64,000 nt of DNA, taken from the NCBI GenBank assembly GCA_963748815.1, contig CAVVKJ010000010.1, positions 662,124 through 726,123 of the forward strand. The letters are read 5' to 3'. The notes below the pieces were generated by a model. That model was given only the letters and a program-made list of their open reading frames with translations. It was not told where the DNA came from and made no database searches. This document shows positions 29,841 to 39,495 of the stretch, piece after piece. A program made the position numbers and the translations under genes. The first letter of the stretch is position 1. Each line of letters opens with the position of its first letter. Origin of the DNA: an uncultured Gemmatimonadales bacterium. Lineage in GTDB: Bacteria; Gemmatimonadota; Gemmatimonadetes; Gemmatimonadales; GWC2-71-9.

Positions 29841-32800
29841 GGCGCCGGTCGCTCGGTCAGGCGCCTGAAGTACTCCAGCACCAGCCGGCGATCCTCCGGC
29901 GAGAGCCCCTGCAGCTGTTCCCAGCTCGGCAGCCGGAGCTGCTGATCGTCCACGCCCAGCTGCGCCCGAAGCGCCGGCGGAAGGCGCACGTCGTCCTGCG
30001 CCCCGGTCGTGCTCTGCCGCTCCTTCTGGTCGTCCTGCTCCTCCCCCTGCAGCGTCCGTCCGGCATCGAGCATCCGGCGGAACAACCGCTCCTGCCGTTC
30101 CACCGTGCGCTTGTCGAGCCGACCGGCCTCCAGTTGCCGCGCGAGGTCCCGCGCCTCCCCGGCCAACTCCCCTGCCCCTTCCGACTGGGTTTCGGCCCGC
30201 AGCCGTTCCAGCTCCTCGGCGAGTGCGCGCTGCTGCGCGGACAGCTGCCGGATCTGCTCCTGCATCGCGCCTCCGCCCACCATCGGCAGCATCTGGGCGC
30301 CTTGCTGGCTCAGCTGGCCCTGCTGCTGGGCCATCTGGTTCATGCGCGCCATCGCCTCGGCGAGCCCGGAGCCGGACCCGGAGCCGGACACATCCCCCCG
30401 CGCCCGCGACATCTGGTAGGCCGCAGCGTTCAGCGCTTCCACCGCCTCGCCGGCCTGCGCCGTGGCGTCGCGCTGCCCCGGCACCGCAGTCGAGAGCGCC
30501 TCGCGGGCCGCGCTCATCTGCCGGCGGGCCGACTCGAGCGTCGCCCCGATCTGCGGCGGCACCAAAGCGTTCTCCCCCGACACCTTCTTGTACTGTTCCG
30601 TCAGCTTCTCGACCCCCTCCTCCACCACGGCCTGCTGGGCCCGGAAGGTCGACGCTGACTCACCCAGGCGCAGCGCCTCGCTGATGGCCAACTGCCGCTC
30701 CGCAAGGCGGCTCGTTTCCGCCAACATCTGGTCGATGGCCGCCAACACCTCCGCCTTCCACTCGCCCTGCACATCCTGGCGTTGCTCGTCTATCTGCTTC
30801 TCGAGCGCCTGCAGCCGCTCCTCGGCCTGCTGCCCCTGGCGCTTCGCCGCCTGCGGCTTGCCTTCCTTGGCCGCGGCCGCCGCCTGCTTCATTTCCGCTG
30901 CCGCGGCGGAGGCCGCCTTGGCCGTCGCCTCCATGCGATCGGCCTGCTCGCTGTTCTGCATCCGGTCAAGTTCCTTTGCCGACTCCTGCATCGCCGAGGC
31001 GAGCGAATCGGCCCGGGCCGCGAGCGCTTCCTCCTGTGCGGCGGCACGGGTCGAATCGGCGCGCGCCACCTCCTCGTTCCAGCGCCCCTGCTCCTTCGCA
31101 AGGTCGCGCGCCTCGGCCGCCATGTTGGCCATTTGCCCCTCCATGGCCGCCCGTTCGAAGAGCTTCTGGCTCCGTTCCAGCGCCTCCTTGAGCTGGCGCT
31201 GCGCCTCCGCAAGCTCCTCGAGCGCGCGCCGGGACCGCGCCGCGTCGAGCTGGCTCAGCGCCTCCCGCAACTCCTCCAGCTGCTGGCGCATTTCCGGGGT
31301 GAGCGCGCGGTCGAGCTGCTCGGCGATCTCCTGCATCCGGCGCTCGAACTCCGGGTCCTGCACACCCGCCTCCGCCGCCGCGCGCTGCAAGTCGTCGATG
31401 GCCGCGCGCGTCTCCTCGGCCTGCCGCACCAACTCCTCCTGCTGCCGGGCCACCGCTTCAGCCCGCTTCGCCTCGTCGAACGACATCGCGGCCGCTTCGC
31501 GCCGGCCCGGCTGTTCAGCGCTCGAGCGGGACGCCTCGCGCGAGAGGTCTTCCGTCTGGCGCTGCAGCCGCTTGCTCGCCGCGGCGAGCGAGTCGAGCTG
31601 GGCGCCCACCGACTCCGTGGCGGCGCGCTCGGCCGCCCGCACCTCGGCGAGCGTCGGGAGGCGGAGCACGTACTCGCGCGAGCGCCCAGTCCGCCGGCCC
31701 GGCGCGTTGTCGGTCGCGACCGCGTAGTAGCGCACGGTGTCGCCCGGCAACAGCGAGCGTCCCCCGAGCTCCAGCACCCACGGGACGATCAATCGGTCGG
31801 GCGCCCCAGCCGGGATCGGGACCTCCTCCCGCCGCTCCAGCTCCTCGATCCCCAGCCGACTGATGCGCCGGCTCACCACCACGAGCGCCGTGACCCCGTG
31901 GTCGTCTCGCGCGTCGACGACCAGCGGCACCCGGAGCCCGAGGGGGGCGAGCGTGTCCGCTCCCGGCACCGGGATGCCGACCGCCGGCACGCTGTCCGGC
32001 GCGATGCGCAACAGCAGGGCGCCGTCGTTCCCGGCCAGCGGCATCCCGTTCGAGGTCGTCAGCGCCAGGCGATACGCCCCCGACGCGACGGGGACGCTCC
32101 GCCCTTCGAACCGCCCTCCATCGACGACGAGCACCACGGGACCCCGCGGGCCGACCAGGGCCGCGGCGGAGAGTGGCGCGGTGGCCTCCCCTTCCACCAG
32201 CAGGCGCGTCCCCTCGGGGAGCAGGATCGAATCGGGGCCGAAGGCCAGCGATTCGTCCTCGATGCCCAGATACCTCGGGTACTGCGCGGTCACCGACAAC
32301 GACCCGAGGAAGGCGGGAATGCGGACCGCGACGTGAAGGGTGTCCGATCCCCGACTGCCGCTGGTGGCGCGGACGAAGAGGTCGGCGGTGAGAGGCTGGC
32401 TTAGGACGGTCGCTTCCCCGATCGAATCGAGCGTGACCTCCTCGGGTCGCCAGGTCTCGCCCGGCGCTCGCGTCCAGAGGGTGGCGACGCCGCGGCCCGG
32501 GGCGCGCACCACGAGCGAAACCCGGGCTCCCCGGTCCACGGAGAGCGCAGAGGCGTCGAGTTGGACGGCGCCCATCGCGAGTCCCAGAGCCTCGGCGGGA
32601 TGCCAAAGCATTCGGACCGGCGCGCGGCCCGGCCCGGCCCCGAGCAAACAGGCCCCGCCGACGACCAGCGCGACGGCGCTGATGCGGTTGGATCGCAAGA
32701 CGCGGGCGGTGATCGGCGCCAGCGCCGCCGGACCCCGTGCCGCGAGGTCCGCCGCCCCGGCGTTGTCGGCGGCAAGGTAGAGGTCGTGGCTCAGGCCATC

Positions 32801-33124
32801 TGCCGGCGGAGCGAGCATGCCGGTGAGCGCGCCGAGCCGCCAGGCGCCCTCCGCCTCCAGGCGCCGGGCGAGCAACGGCACCCTGAGGCTCCGCACTCGA
32901 CGCGCCACCAGGACGGTAGCGGCGGCGGCGCCCACCAGCGCCACGATCCACGCGGCCGGCACCCACCAGAGCGACTGCACCAGGCCAAGCCTCGCGAGCC
33001 ACGCCGCGCTCCCCAGCACAATGAGCCCGATGCCGATGACCAGCGCGCCGCCGCCAGTGAGCGACCGCCGGGTGATCGGGAGGGTCAGCCGCTCGAGGGC
33101 GTCCCGCGTCTGCACCGGAGTCAC
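29837..33124 (-). CDS. large membrane protein with extended coiled-coil (DUF4175-like)
   Basis: 1095 aa. N-terminal TM segments, a central beta-rich region, then ~450 aa of A/E/Q/R-rich coiled-coil. GTGA/ATGA overlaps with neighbours. Confidence 0.7.
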   Translation of the reverse strand: MTPVQTRDALERLTLPITRRSLTGGGALVIGIGLIVLGSAAWLARLGLVQSLWWVPAAWIVALVGAAAATVLVARRVRSLRVPLLARRLEAEGAWRLGALTGMLAPPADGLSHDLYLAADNAGAADLAARGPAALAPITARVLRSNRISAVALVVGGACLLGAGPGRAPVRMLWHPAEALGLAMGAVQLDASALSVDRGARVSLVVRAPGRGVATLWTRAPGETWRPEEVTLDSIGEATVLSQPLTADLFVRATSGSRGSDTLHVAVRIPAFLGSLSVTAQYPRYLGIEDESLAFGPDSILLPEGTRLLVEGEATAPLSAAALVGPRGPVVLVVDGGRFEGRSVPVASGAYRLALTTSNGMPLAGNDGALLLRIAPDSVPAVGIPVPGADTLAPLGLRVPLVVDARDDHGVTALVVVSRRISRLGIEELERREEVPIPAGAPDRLIVPWVLELGGRSLLPGDTVRYYAVATDNAPGRRTGRSREYVLRLPTLAEVRAAERAATESVGAQLDSLAAASKRLQRQTEDLSREASRSSAEQPGRREAAAMSFDEAKRAEAVARQQEELVRQAEETRAAIDDLQRAAAEAGVQDPEFERRMQEIAEQLDRALTPEMRQQLEELREALSQLDAARSRRALEELAEAQRQLKEALERSQKLFERAAMEGQMANMAAEARDLAKEQGRWNEEVARADSTRAAAQEEALAARADSLASAMQESAKELDRMQNSEQADRMEATAKAASAAAAEMKQAAAAAKEGKPQAAKRQGQQAEERLQALEKQIDEQRQDVQGEWKAEVLAAIDQMLAETSRLAERQLAISEALRLGESASTFRAQQAVVEEGVEKLTEQYKKVSGENALVPPQIGATLESARRQMSAAREALSTAVPGQRDATAQAGEAVEALNAAAYQMSRARGDVSGSGSGSGLAEAMARMNQMAQQQGQLSQQGAQMLPMVGGGAMQEQIRQLSAQQRALAEELERLRAETQSEGAGELAGEARDLARQLEAGRLDKRTVERQERLFRRMLDAGRTLQGEEQDDQKERQSTTGAQDDVRLPPALRAQLGVDDQQLRLPSWEQLQGLSPEDRRLVLEYFRRLTERPAP

Positions 33125-33816
33125 TGGCCGGACCCGACCGCATAGGCGATCAGGTTGACGCCCATGCGGAGCGCAGACTCCCGAATCGCCGGATCGTCCT
33201 TGTGGACGTCGGGATCCTCCCAGCCGTCGCCGAGGTCGGATTGATAGGTATAGAAGAGGGCGAGGCGGCCGTCGAGGAAAATGCCGAACCCCTGCGCCGG
33301 CTTGCCGTCGTGCTCGTGCACCTTCGGCACGCCGCGGGGAAACTGGTAGATGAGGTTGTAGATCGGGTGGTCGAGCGGCACTTCCTCAAGCGGCCGGTCC
33401 GGGAAGAGCCGGGCCAGTTCGCGGCGGAGCGACTCGTCCATCCCGTAGTTGTCATCGGCGTGGAGGAAGCCTCCCTGCAGCAGGTAGCGTCGGAGGGTGA
33501 CGAGGTCCTCGTCGCTGAACCGCACGTTGCCGTGTCCGGTCATGTAGAGGTAGGGAACCTCCCATAGACTCGGCGAGGACAGGGTGACCACCAGTTCCCG
33601 GGACGCCGTCTGCACATCCGTGCGGGCCCGGACCGCCGCCAGCAGATTGGGGAGGCTCGACGGGTTGGCGTACCAGTCTCCGCCACCGTCGTAATGGAGC
33701 CGACCGATGGTCACGCCCGACTCGCCCTGCGCCGACAGGGGGTGGACCCCGGCGAGGCAGAGGGCGGCGATCGACGAGAGACAGAGGCCCCGCACGGGGG
33801 ACCCGACCAGCTTCAC
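33121..33816 (-). CDS. DUF4159 domain-containing secreted protein
   Basis: Contains GRLHYDGGGDWYANPSSLPNLL and LRRYLLQGGFLHADDNYG..HPIY, matching my recollection of DUF4159. A signal peptide is present. Confidence 0.7.
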   Translation of the reverse strand: MKLVGSPVRGLCLSSIAALCLAGVHPLSAQGESGVTIGRLHYDGGGDWYANPSSLPNLLAAVRARTDVQTASRELVVTLSSPSLWEVPYLYMTGHGNVRFSDEDLVTLRRYLLQGGFLHADDNYGMDESLRRELARLFPDRPLEEVPLDHPIYNLIYQFPRGVPKVHEHDGKPAQGFGIFLDGRLALFYTYQSDLGDGWEDPDVHKDDPAIRESALRMGVNLIAYAVGSGQ

Positions 33817-34652
33817 GGGAGCTCCATGACCAGGCGGTACACCTCATTACGGCCAAGGCCGCTCGATTCCGTCAACCGGCGAACCACATCCTTCCGGCTC
33901 AGGCCCTCCGCCAGGAGCGCCTCGGCGGCCAGGCGAATTTCGCCGAGGTCCGGGGCGGCGTCCGGTTGATCCGCCGTTCCCTCCAGCACCAGGGTGATTT
34001 CACCCTTGGGCGGATGCTCGTCGTACCACGCCTCGAGCTCCGCGAGAGTGCCTGCCCGGAATTCCTCGTGCACCTTCGTGAGCTCCCGCGCGACGACGGC
34101 CCGCCGCTCCGCCCCGCACACCTCAGCCAAGTCGCGCAGCAGCGCCACCAGGCGGGGCGGCGCCTCGTAGAAGACCACCGTCCATGGCGCCGCGGCGGCG
34201 CGCGCCAGTTCCTCGCGGCGCTCACGACCCTTGCGCGCGGGAAACCCGAGGAAGAGGTACCGGTCGGCCGGCAGGCCGGCGGCGGAGAGCGCGGTCGCCA
34301 CCGCCGACGGCCCGGGAATGGGGACGACGGCGCAGCCGGCCCCCCGCACCGCCGCTACCAGCCGGGCGCCGGGATCGCTGATGCCGGGGGTGCCGGCGTC
34401 GGTCACCAGCGCCACTGCCTGCCCCGCCTGGAGCAGCGCGATGATCGGGGCGGCCTGGCTCGCCTCGGTATGCGCATGGACGGAAAGGAGCCGCGGGGTC
34501 GCCCCGATGTGCTGCAGGAGCGTGCGGCTCCGCCGGGTGTCCTCGGCGGCGACCACGTCGACCGCGCGGAGCACGTCCGTGGCGCGAGTGGTCAGGTCTC
34601 CGAGGTGTCCGAGCGGGGTGGCGACGACGTAGAGCGTACCGGGGACTACCAG
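33813..34652 (-). CDS. rsmI: 16S rRNA (cytidine1402-2'-O)-methyltransferase; start codon uncertain
   Basis: Contains GTLYVVATPLGHLGDLTTRATDVLRAVDVVAAEDTR and VTDAGTPGISDPG. No ATG/GTG/TTG lies between ATG 34790 and the conserved N-terminus. CTG 34652 is used here as a provisional start. Confidence 0.8.
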   Translation of the reverse strand: MVVPGTLYVVATPLGHLGDLTTRATDVLRAVDVVAAEDTRRSRTLLQHIGATPRLLSVHAHTEASQAAPIIALLQAGQAVALVTDAGTPGISDPGARLVAAVRGAGCAVVPIPGPSAVATALSAAGLPADRYLFLGFPARKGRERREELARAAAAPWTVVFYEAPPRLVALLRDLAEVCGAERRAVVARELTKVHEEFRAGTLAELEAWYDEHPPKGEITLVLEGTADQPDAAPDLGEIRLAAEALLAEGLSRKDVVRRLTESSGLGRNEVYRLVMELP

Positions 34653-35662
34653 GTGAGGCTCCAGGGAAAATGCGAATAGAAGCCGGCGGCTTGCAGGAGG
34701 TGGCGCTGCTCGCGGGTGGCGGTCTGCAGGATGCGCGGCCCCGCCCCGGGGGAAACCACCTCGATTTCCGTGAGCAGCGCCCCGGTCCACGCCGCCAGGT
34801 CGGCGGTCAGGTCGGCGGCCGGCGTGGCCACCATCGATGGATCCCCTCCGTTCGAGGGCAGGAGATGCGCGAGCGACTGGCGCAGCGGGGCCAGCCGGCC
34901 CGTCACGCGGTCAACCCGACGGAGCCCGTCCCCCGGCGACTCAGCCTCGATCGCTTCCGAAATCCGGATGAACAGCTCCCGATACATCCGGATCTGGGAC
35001 GGCAACGCCTGGGCCGGCAGGCCGGCAATGGAAGGAATCCCGCTCACGGAGAGCGCCGGCCGTACCCCATCGGCGTCCGGCTGGAAGATCCCCTCGATGT
35101 ACGCCGGAAGGGAAACCGTCTCCGGGCGCGCGTAAAAGTAGCCGCCGCTGAACTTTCCCCGGTCGAACTGCAGGTAGTTGACCCGGCCGTTGGAGATGAT
35201 CTCGAGCCCCCCGGTCAACGACTCCTCCACGACGCGCGGGAAGATCAACTCCGGATGCTTGGAGTCCACCACCCACGGCTCCGCCGGCGCGGCGCACGCC
35301 TGATACATCCACTCGAGCTGGGCCATCGGGGCGGCGCAGTACGCGGCCTCCGCGCGTTCCGGGTCCGCCTTGAGCCGGCGCACGGCCTCGGCGATCGGCA
35401 GGACGGTCCGCTGCCCGGCCCCGATGCCCGCCGCGGTGACCAGCTCCCCCGCCTGGAAGAAGAGCAGGATCAGTTCGTCGGGGAGATAGCCGAGGAAATA
35501 GGCGTCCACCTTGCCGTCGCGATCCCGCTTGGCAAAGGAGATGAGATTGTCGAGGTGGAGGTAGATGAGCCGGGTGCGCGCAAGCAGGGTGTCCGACGCC
35601 GGAAAGGCGACGTCGCTCAGCCGGATGGCGGAGTGAAGCAGGCGGGTGCCGCTGACGCGCAT
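34646..35662 (-). CDS. hypothetical protein
   Basis: 338-aa ORF with ordinary composition and an ATG start. No family recognised. Confidence 0.6.
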   Translation of the reverse strand: MRVSGTRLLHSAIRLSDVAFPASDTLLARTRLIYLHLDNLISFAKRDRDGKVDAYFLGYLPDELILLFFQAGELVTAAGIGAGQRTVLPIAEAVRRLKADPERAEAAYCAAPMAQLEWMYQACAAPAEPWVVDSKHPELIFPRVVEESLTGGLEIISNGRVNYLQFDRGKFSGGYFYARPETVSLPAYIEGIFQPDADGVRPALSVSGIPSIAGLPAQALPSQIRMYRELFIRISEAIEAESPGDGLRRVDRVTGRLAPLRQSLAHLLPSNGGDPSMVATPAADLTADLAAWTGALLTEIEVVSPGAGPRILQTATREQRHLLQAAGFYSHFPWSLTW

Positions 35663-35713
35663 AGACCCTCGGCGGGACGGGCCGCCCGGCTGGGCGGCCC
35701 GTGACGCGGCGCC

Positions 35714-36046
35714 TTACGCCGCGAGGTGGTGCTGAATCTTCGACGCGATGGTGGGCTTCGGCACCGCGCCGATGACCGTGTCCACGTGCTTGCCGTCCTT
35801 GAAGAACAGCAGGGCCGGGATCGACCGGATGTTGAACCGGGCCGCCACCCGCTGGTTCGCGTCGACGTCCAGCTTGGTGATCCGGACCTTGCCGGTGTAC
35901 TCCTCGGCCAGCTGCTCCAGCGACGGGGCGATGATCTGGCAGGGGCCGCACCACGTGGCCCAGAAATCCACCAGCACCAGTCCCTTGGTCTGCTCCACTT
36001 CGGAGGCAAACGTGCTCTCGGTTACTTCAATTGTGTGCTGCCCCAT
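35714..36046 (-). CDS. trxA: thioredoxin
   Basis: Internal ATG gives MGQHTIEV. Contains VDFWATWCGPCQ (active site). 110 aa. Confidence 0.9.
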   Translation of the reverse strand: MGQHTIEVTESTFASEVEQTKGLVLVDFWATWCGPCQIIAPSLEQLAEEYTGKVRITKLDVDANQRVAARFNIRSIPALLFFKDGKHVDTVIGAVPKPTIASKIQHHLAA

Positions 36047-36137
36047 GTGCGACGAACCTCCCAGAGTGCGGCGGGATGCGTAGGTCCGCGTCCCGCAGTT
36101 AAGTTCAAGTCCATTCACCTGCCACGCCGGAGTCGCC

Positions 36138-36533
36138 GTGCCGGATGCCCCCCGGATTGCCCATATCGGGATCGCGGTCAAGGACCTCGACGACGCCCTG
36201 CGGTTCTATCGAGACGTCCTCGGCCTCGTGCCCCACCCCCCCGAAGTTGCCGACGGCGCGACGATCGTTTCGCTTCCCTTCGGCGAGTCGGAGGTCGAAC
36301 TCCTCGAGGCGCGCGACGCCGACTCCCCGATCGCGAAGTTCATCGAGCGCCGCGGTCCCGGCATCCACCACGTCTGCTACCGGGTGGCCGACCTCGACGC
36401 TGCCCTCGACCAGGCCCGGCAGGCCGGCTACCGGCTCGTCGATGACGCGCCACGGACCGGCGCGGGCGGCTGCCGAATCGCGTTCCTGCACCCCAAGTCC
36501 ACCGCTGGCATCCTGATCGAGCTCACGGAGTGA
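36138..36533 (+). CDS. methylmalonyl-CoA epimerase (VOC family)
   Basis: Contains IAHIGIAVKDLDDALRFY, SPIAKFIERRGPGIHHVCY and AFLHPKSTAGILIEL. GTG start. Confidence 0.75.
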   Translation: MPDAPRIAHIGIAVKDLDDALRFYRDVLGLVPHPPEVADGATIVSLPFGESEVELLEARDADSPIAKFIERRGPGIHHVCYRVADLDAALDQARQAGYRLVDDAPRTGAGGCRIAFLHPKSTAGILIELTE

Positions 36534-36553
36534 GCGCGGCCGGGGCGCCTGCC

Positions 36554-37009
36554 CTACATCGGGTTGCCCTGGGCGTCACAGGGCCGGCCGGGGGTGGCGG
36601 TCATGGTCACGTCCACGTTCTGCACCAGGTACTGGTCCTTCCACTTGCCCACGATGAAGGGCACGTTGTTCTGGCATCTCCCGACGAAGATCTTCATCGT
36701 GACCATCACCTGGTCGGAATGCCCGTCGACCGTCCCGAGCCCGGCCACCTTCGCGGAGTCGTTGGTCAGGTACTTCTGGAGCACCCGGATCCGCTTTTCG
36801 TAGTCCGGCGGCTGCTTGCTCGTGGCGGCCGGGCCGGCGGAGCCACCCCAGTAGGTCGCCATGAGGGTGAGGTTGGTATCCTTCGCCGCCGCCAGGAACG
36901 CCTTGACGGTCGTTTCCGGGGAGCGGTTGGACATCGGTGTGCCGCTGCTCGCGCCGCCGCTTGCACAGGCCGCGACGAGGAGTACACAGGGAATCCAGCG
37001 CAGAGTCAC
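36554..37009 (-). CDS. small lipoprotein, unknown function
   Basis: GTG at 37009 gives TLRWIPCVLLVAACASGG (lipobox). The upstream part of ORF 36554..37711 is antisense to pdxJ. Confidence 0.6.
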   Translation of the reverse strand: MTLRWIPCVLLVAACASGGASSGTPMSNRSPETTVKAFLAAAKDTNLTLMATYWGGSAGPAATSKQPPDYEKRIRVLQKYLTNDSAKVAGLGTVDGHSDQVMVTMKIFVGRCQNNVPFIVGKWKDQYLVQNVDVTMTATPGRPCDAQGNPM

Positions 37010-37069
37010 GGGCGTTCCACCTTCTGAAGTAGACTGTCTCAAACGTAAACCGCGCGCGGAGTGCGAGCA

Positions 37070-37792
37070 ATGACGCCTGTCAGGCTCTACGTCAACATCG
37101 ATCACGTCGCGACGGTCCGCGAGGCGCGGCGGACCGATGAACCCGAGCCGCTCGCCGCCGCGCGCGCCGCCCTGGCGGGGGGAGCCGACGGCATCACCGT
37201 GCACCTGCGCGAAGACCGCCGACACATCCAGGACGCGGACGTCATCGCGATTGCCGAGACCCTCCCCGCGCCGCTCAACTTCGAGCTCGCCCTGAGCGAC
37301 GAGATCGTCGCCCTCGCCTGCCGGCTCCGCCCCCTCCAGGCCACGATCGTCCCCGAACGGCGCGAGGAAGTCACCACGGAGGGGGGGCTTCGGGTCAGCT
37401 CCCGGGACGCCCGGCTCCGAACCGCCATCCGACGCCTCGATGAGGCCGGCTGCCGGGTCAGCCTCTTCATCGATCCGGAGCTCGACGCCATCGACGCCGC
37501 CAAGGACCTCGGCGTCCCCGCCATCGAGCTCCACACGGGAGAGTACGCCCGCCGCTGGCGCGACGGCCCCGCCCCGCTCGACCACCTCCGGCAGGCCGCC
37601 CGCCACGCGGCGGAACTTGGCCTCGCCGTGCACGCCGGCCACGGACTCACCTACCTGAACGTGCAAGCCGTGGCGTCGGTTCCCGAGATCGAGGAGCTCA
37701 ACATCGGCCACAGCATCGTGAGCCGGGCCCTCTTCGACGGGATGGAGGAAGCGGTACGTGAGATGCGGCGCCTGATGACCTCGGCGCGGTAA
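37070..37792 (+). CDS. pdxJ: pyridoxine 5'-phosphate synthase
   Basis: Contains [29 protein letters not shown] and ELNIGHSIV. Confidence 0.9.
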   Translation: MTPVRLYVNIDHVATVREARRTDEPEPLAAARAALAGGADGITVHLREDRRHIQDADVIAIAETLPAPLNFELALSDEIVALACRLRPLQATIVPERREEVTTEGGLRVSSRDARLRTAIRRLDEAGCRVSLFIDPELDAIDAAKDLGVPAIELHTGEYARRWRDGPAPLDHLRQAARHAAELGLAVHAGHGLTYLNVQAVASVPEIEELNIGHSIVSRALFDGMEEAVREMRRLMTSAR

Positions 37793-37851
37793 CCTCCCCC
37801 GGCCCGCCCGAGCCTTTCCCGGGAACGCCGCACACCCTAACTTGTTTCGAC

Positions 37852-39495
37852 ATGCCCAATCCCCTCGGCCCGACTGACTTCTTCGCGTTGGAGGCCGGCG
37901 AGTACCTCGAGCGGCTCGCCAGGCTGGTGGCCATCGACGGCGGCCCGCCCCCGGAGGAGTTCGTCCGTTACGCCCGCGCCCTGCGCGGGTCCGCCCTGAT
38001 GGCCAATCAACCGGAAATCACCAGGGCTGCCGGCGCGCTCGAGGGGGTCGCCCGCGCGTTCCACGAACGGGTGTGCGCCTGGGATGCCGCCCTCGCGGAG
38101 GTCGTGGGACAGTCGGTGGACGACCTGAAGCGGCTGGTCCGGCAGGCCCGCGACTGGACCGCCGACGACACCGCCCGGGCCGACCGCCTCTCCCGCTCGC
38201 TCGAGTCCATCAGCGGCCGCCCTCCGGAGGGCAGCCGGCCCCCCACGCGGAGCCGCGGGGAGCTCAACGCGGGCGTCCGCGCATTCGTGGCCCGCGAGGG
38301 CGCCCTGGTGGCCAGCGCGCTCGATCGCGCCGCTCGCGCGCTCGAGGCGGAGCCCGGCGCCCGTGACCCGCTCCACAATATCCTGCGGCGCATGCAGTCG
38401 CTCCGGGGCCTGGCGGCGCTGGCCGACCTCGCGCCGCTCCCCGAGATGCTCGATGGCCTCGAGATGGCCGTCGGCAGCCTCCTCCGGGCCCACGTCCCCC
38501 CCACGGGCGTGAGCGAGGTCTTCGAGGCGGCGGCCCAGGCCCTCACCCGCGCCTCGCGGGACGTCGCGGACAACGGGCATCCCGACCCCGACGCCCCCGA
38601 GGCTCGCCACTTCGCCGTGCTGCTCATCCGCCGGCTGGCGGACGACCGGGACGTGGTCGACATCGAGACCCTCTGCCCACTCGGGCAGGCCAGCATCGTC
38701 AAGGCCGGCACCCCTCCCGAACAGCCGACCCCCGTCACCCTCGGTTCGGTCGAACTCCTGACCCACGGCGAGTTCCTCGTCCAGGCCGCCGACGAGCTCG
38801 AGCGGGCGGAGACTGATACCCAGCGTGACCTCCGCCTCTTCAACCTGACGGGGGCGCTCGACTCTCCCCGCCTCGTGGCGGCGGCCACCATCGGACACGG
38901 CCTCGACAGCTTCGGACGGGCGGTGCGCCTGGCCATCGTCAGCGGCACCGCCGCCGGCGATCCCGCCGGATTCGCGGCGGCGCTGCGCTCCGCGGGCACC
39001 CTGATTCGCGGGCTCGGTCCCCGCAGCGATCCGGAACGGGCCTCGACCGAACTCGCGGGGCTGGCCGCCGTCCTCGGGCAGGCGCCCGACGACATCGTCC
39101 CCATCGAGTCCCTGGCCCCCGATGACGACGTCATTCCGGTCGCGGACCTGGCGCCTGAAGCCGAAGAGCTCCCCTCGGCGGAAGCCCCGGAGGATGCCTC
39201 GCTCGCCGGGAGCTTCCTGACGTACGCCCGCCTCTCGGGCGCCCGGAGCCGCACCTCGGGCAACGGCTCGGCGCGCACCTCCGCGCCGACGGCCGCTCCC
39301 GAACCGCCGGCCGTCGAGGAGGCCGTCGAAATCGGCACGCTGCTCTATCGCGGCGACGCGGCTCTGCGCCGGGCCGATGTCGTCCGCCGCGACCTCGCGC
39401 ATCTCCTCCGCGCGGGCGCCCAGCTGGGCAGCATCCGCCCCCTCCTCGACGAACTCCTCGACCTCGTCCCGCTGGCGCTCGAGCCCTCCGCTTGA
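37852..39495 (+). CDS. hypothetical protein with degenerate Hpt-like helices
   Basis: 547 aa. YARALRGSALMA and RRMQSLRGLAAL resemble the Hpt signature HxxKG but lack the His. The C-terminus is acidic and Pro-rich. Confidence 0.6.
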   Translation: MPNPLGPTDFFALEAGEYLERLARLVAIDGGPPPEEFVRYARALRGSALMANQPEITRAAGALEGVARAFHERVCAWDAALAEVVGQSVDDLKRLVRQARDWTADDTARADRLSRSLESISGRPPEGSRPPTRSRGELNAGVRAFVAREGALVASALDRAARALEAEPGARDPLHNILRRMQSLRGLAALADLAPLPEMLDGLEMAVGSLLRAHVPPTGVSEVFEAAAQALTRASRDVADNGHPDPDAPEARHFAVLLIRRLADDRDVVDIETLCPLGQASIVKAGTPPEQPTPVTLGSVELLTHGEFLVQAADELERAETDTQRDLRLFNLTGALDSPRLVAAATIGHGLDSFGRAVRLAIVSGTAAGDPAGFAAALRSAGTLIRGLGPRSDPERASTELAGLAAVLGQAPDDIVPIESLAPDDDVIPVADLAPEAEELPSAEAPEDASLAGSFLTYARLSGARSRTSGNGSARTSAPTAAPEPPAVEEAVEIGTLLYRGDAALRRADVVRRDLAHLLRAGAQLGSIRPLLDELLDLVPLALEPSA

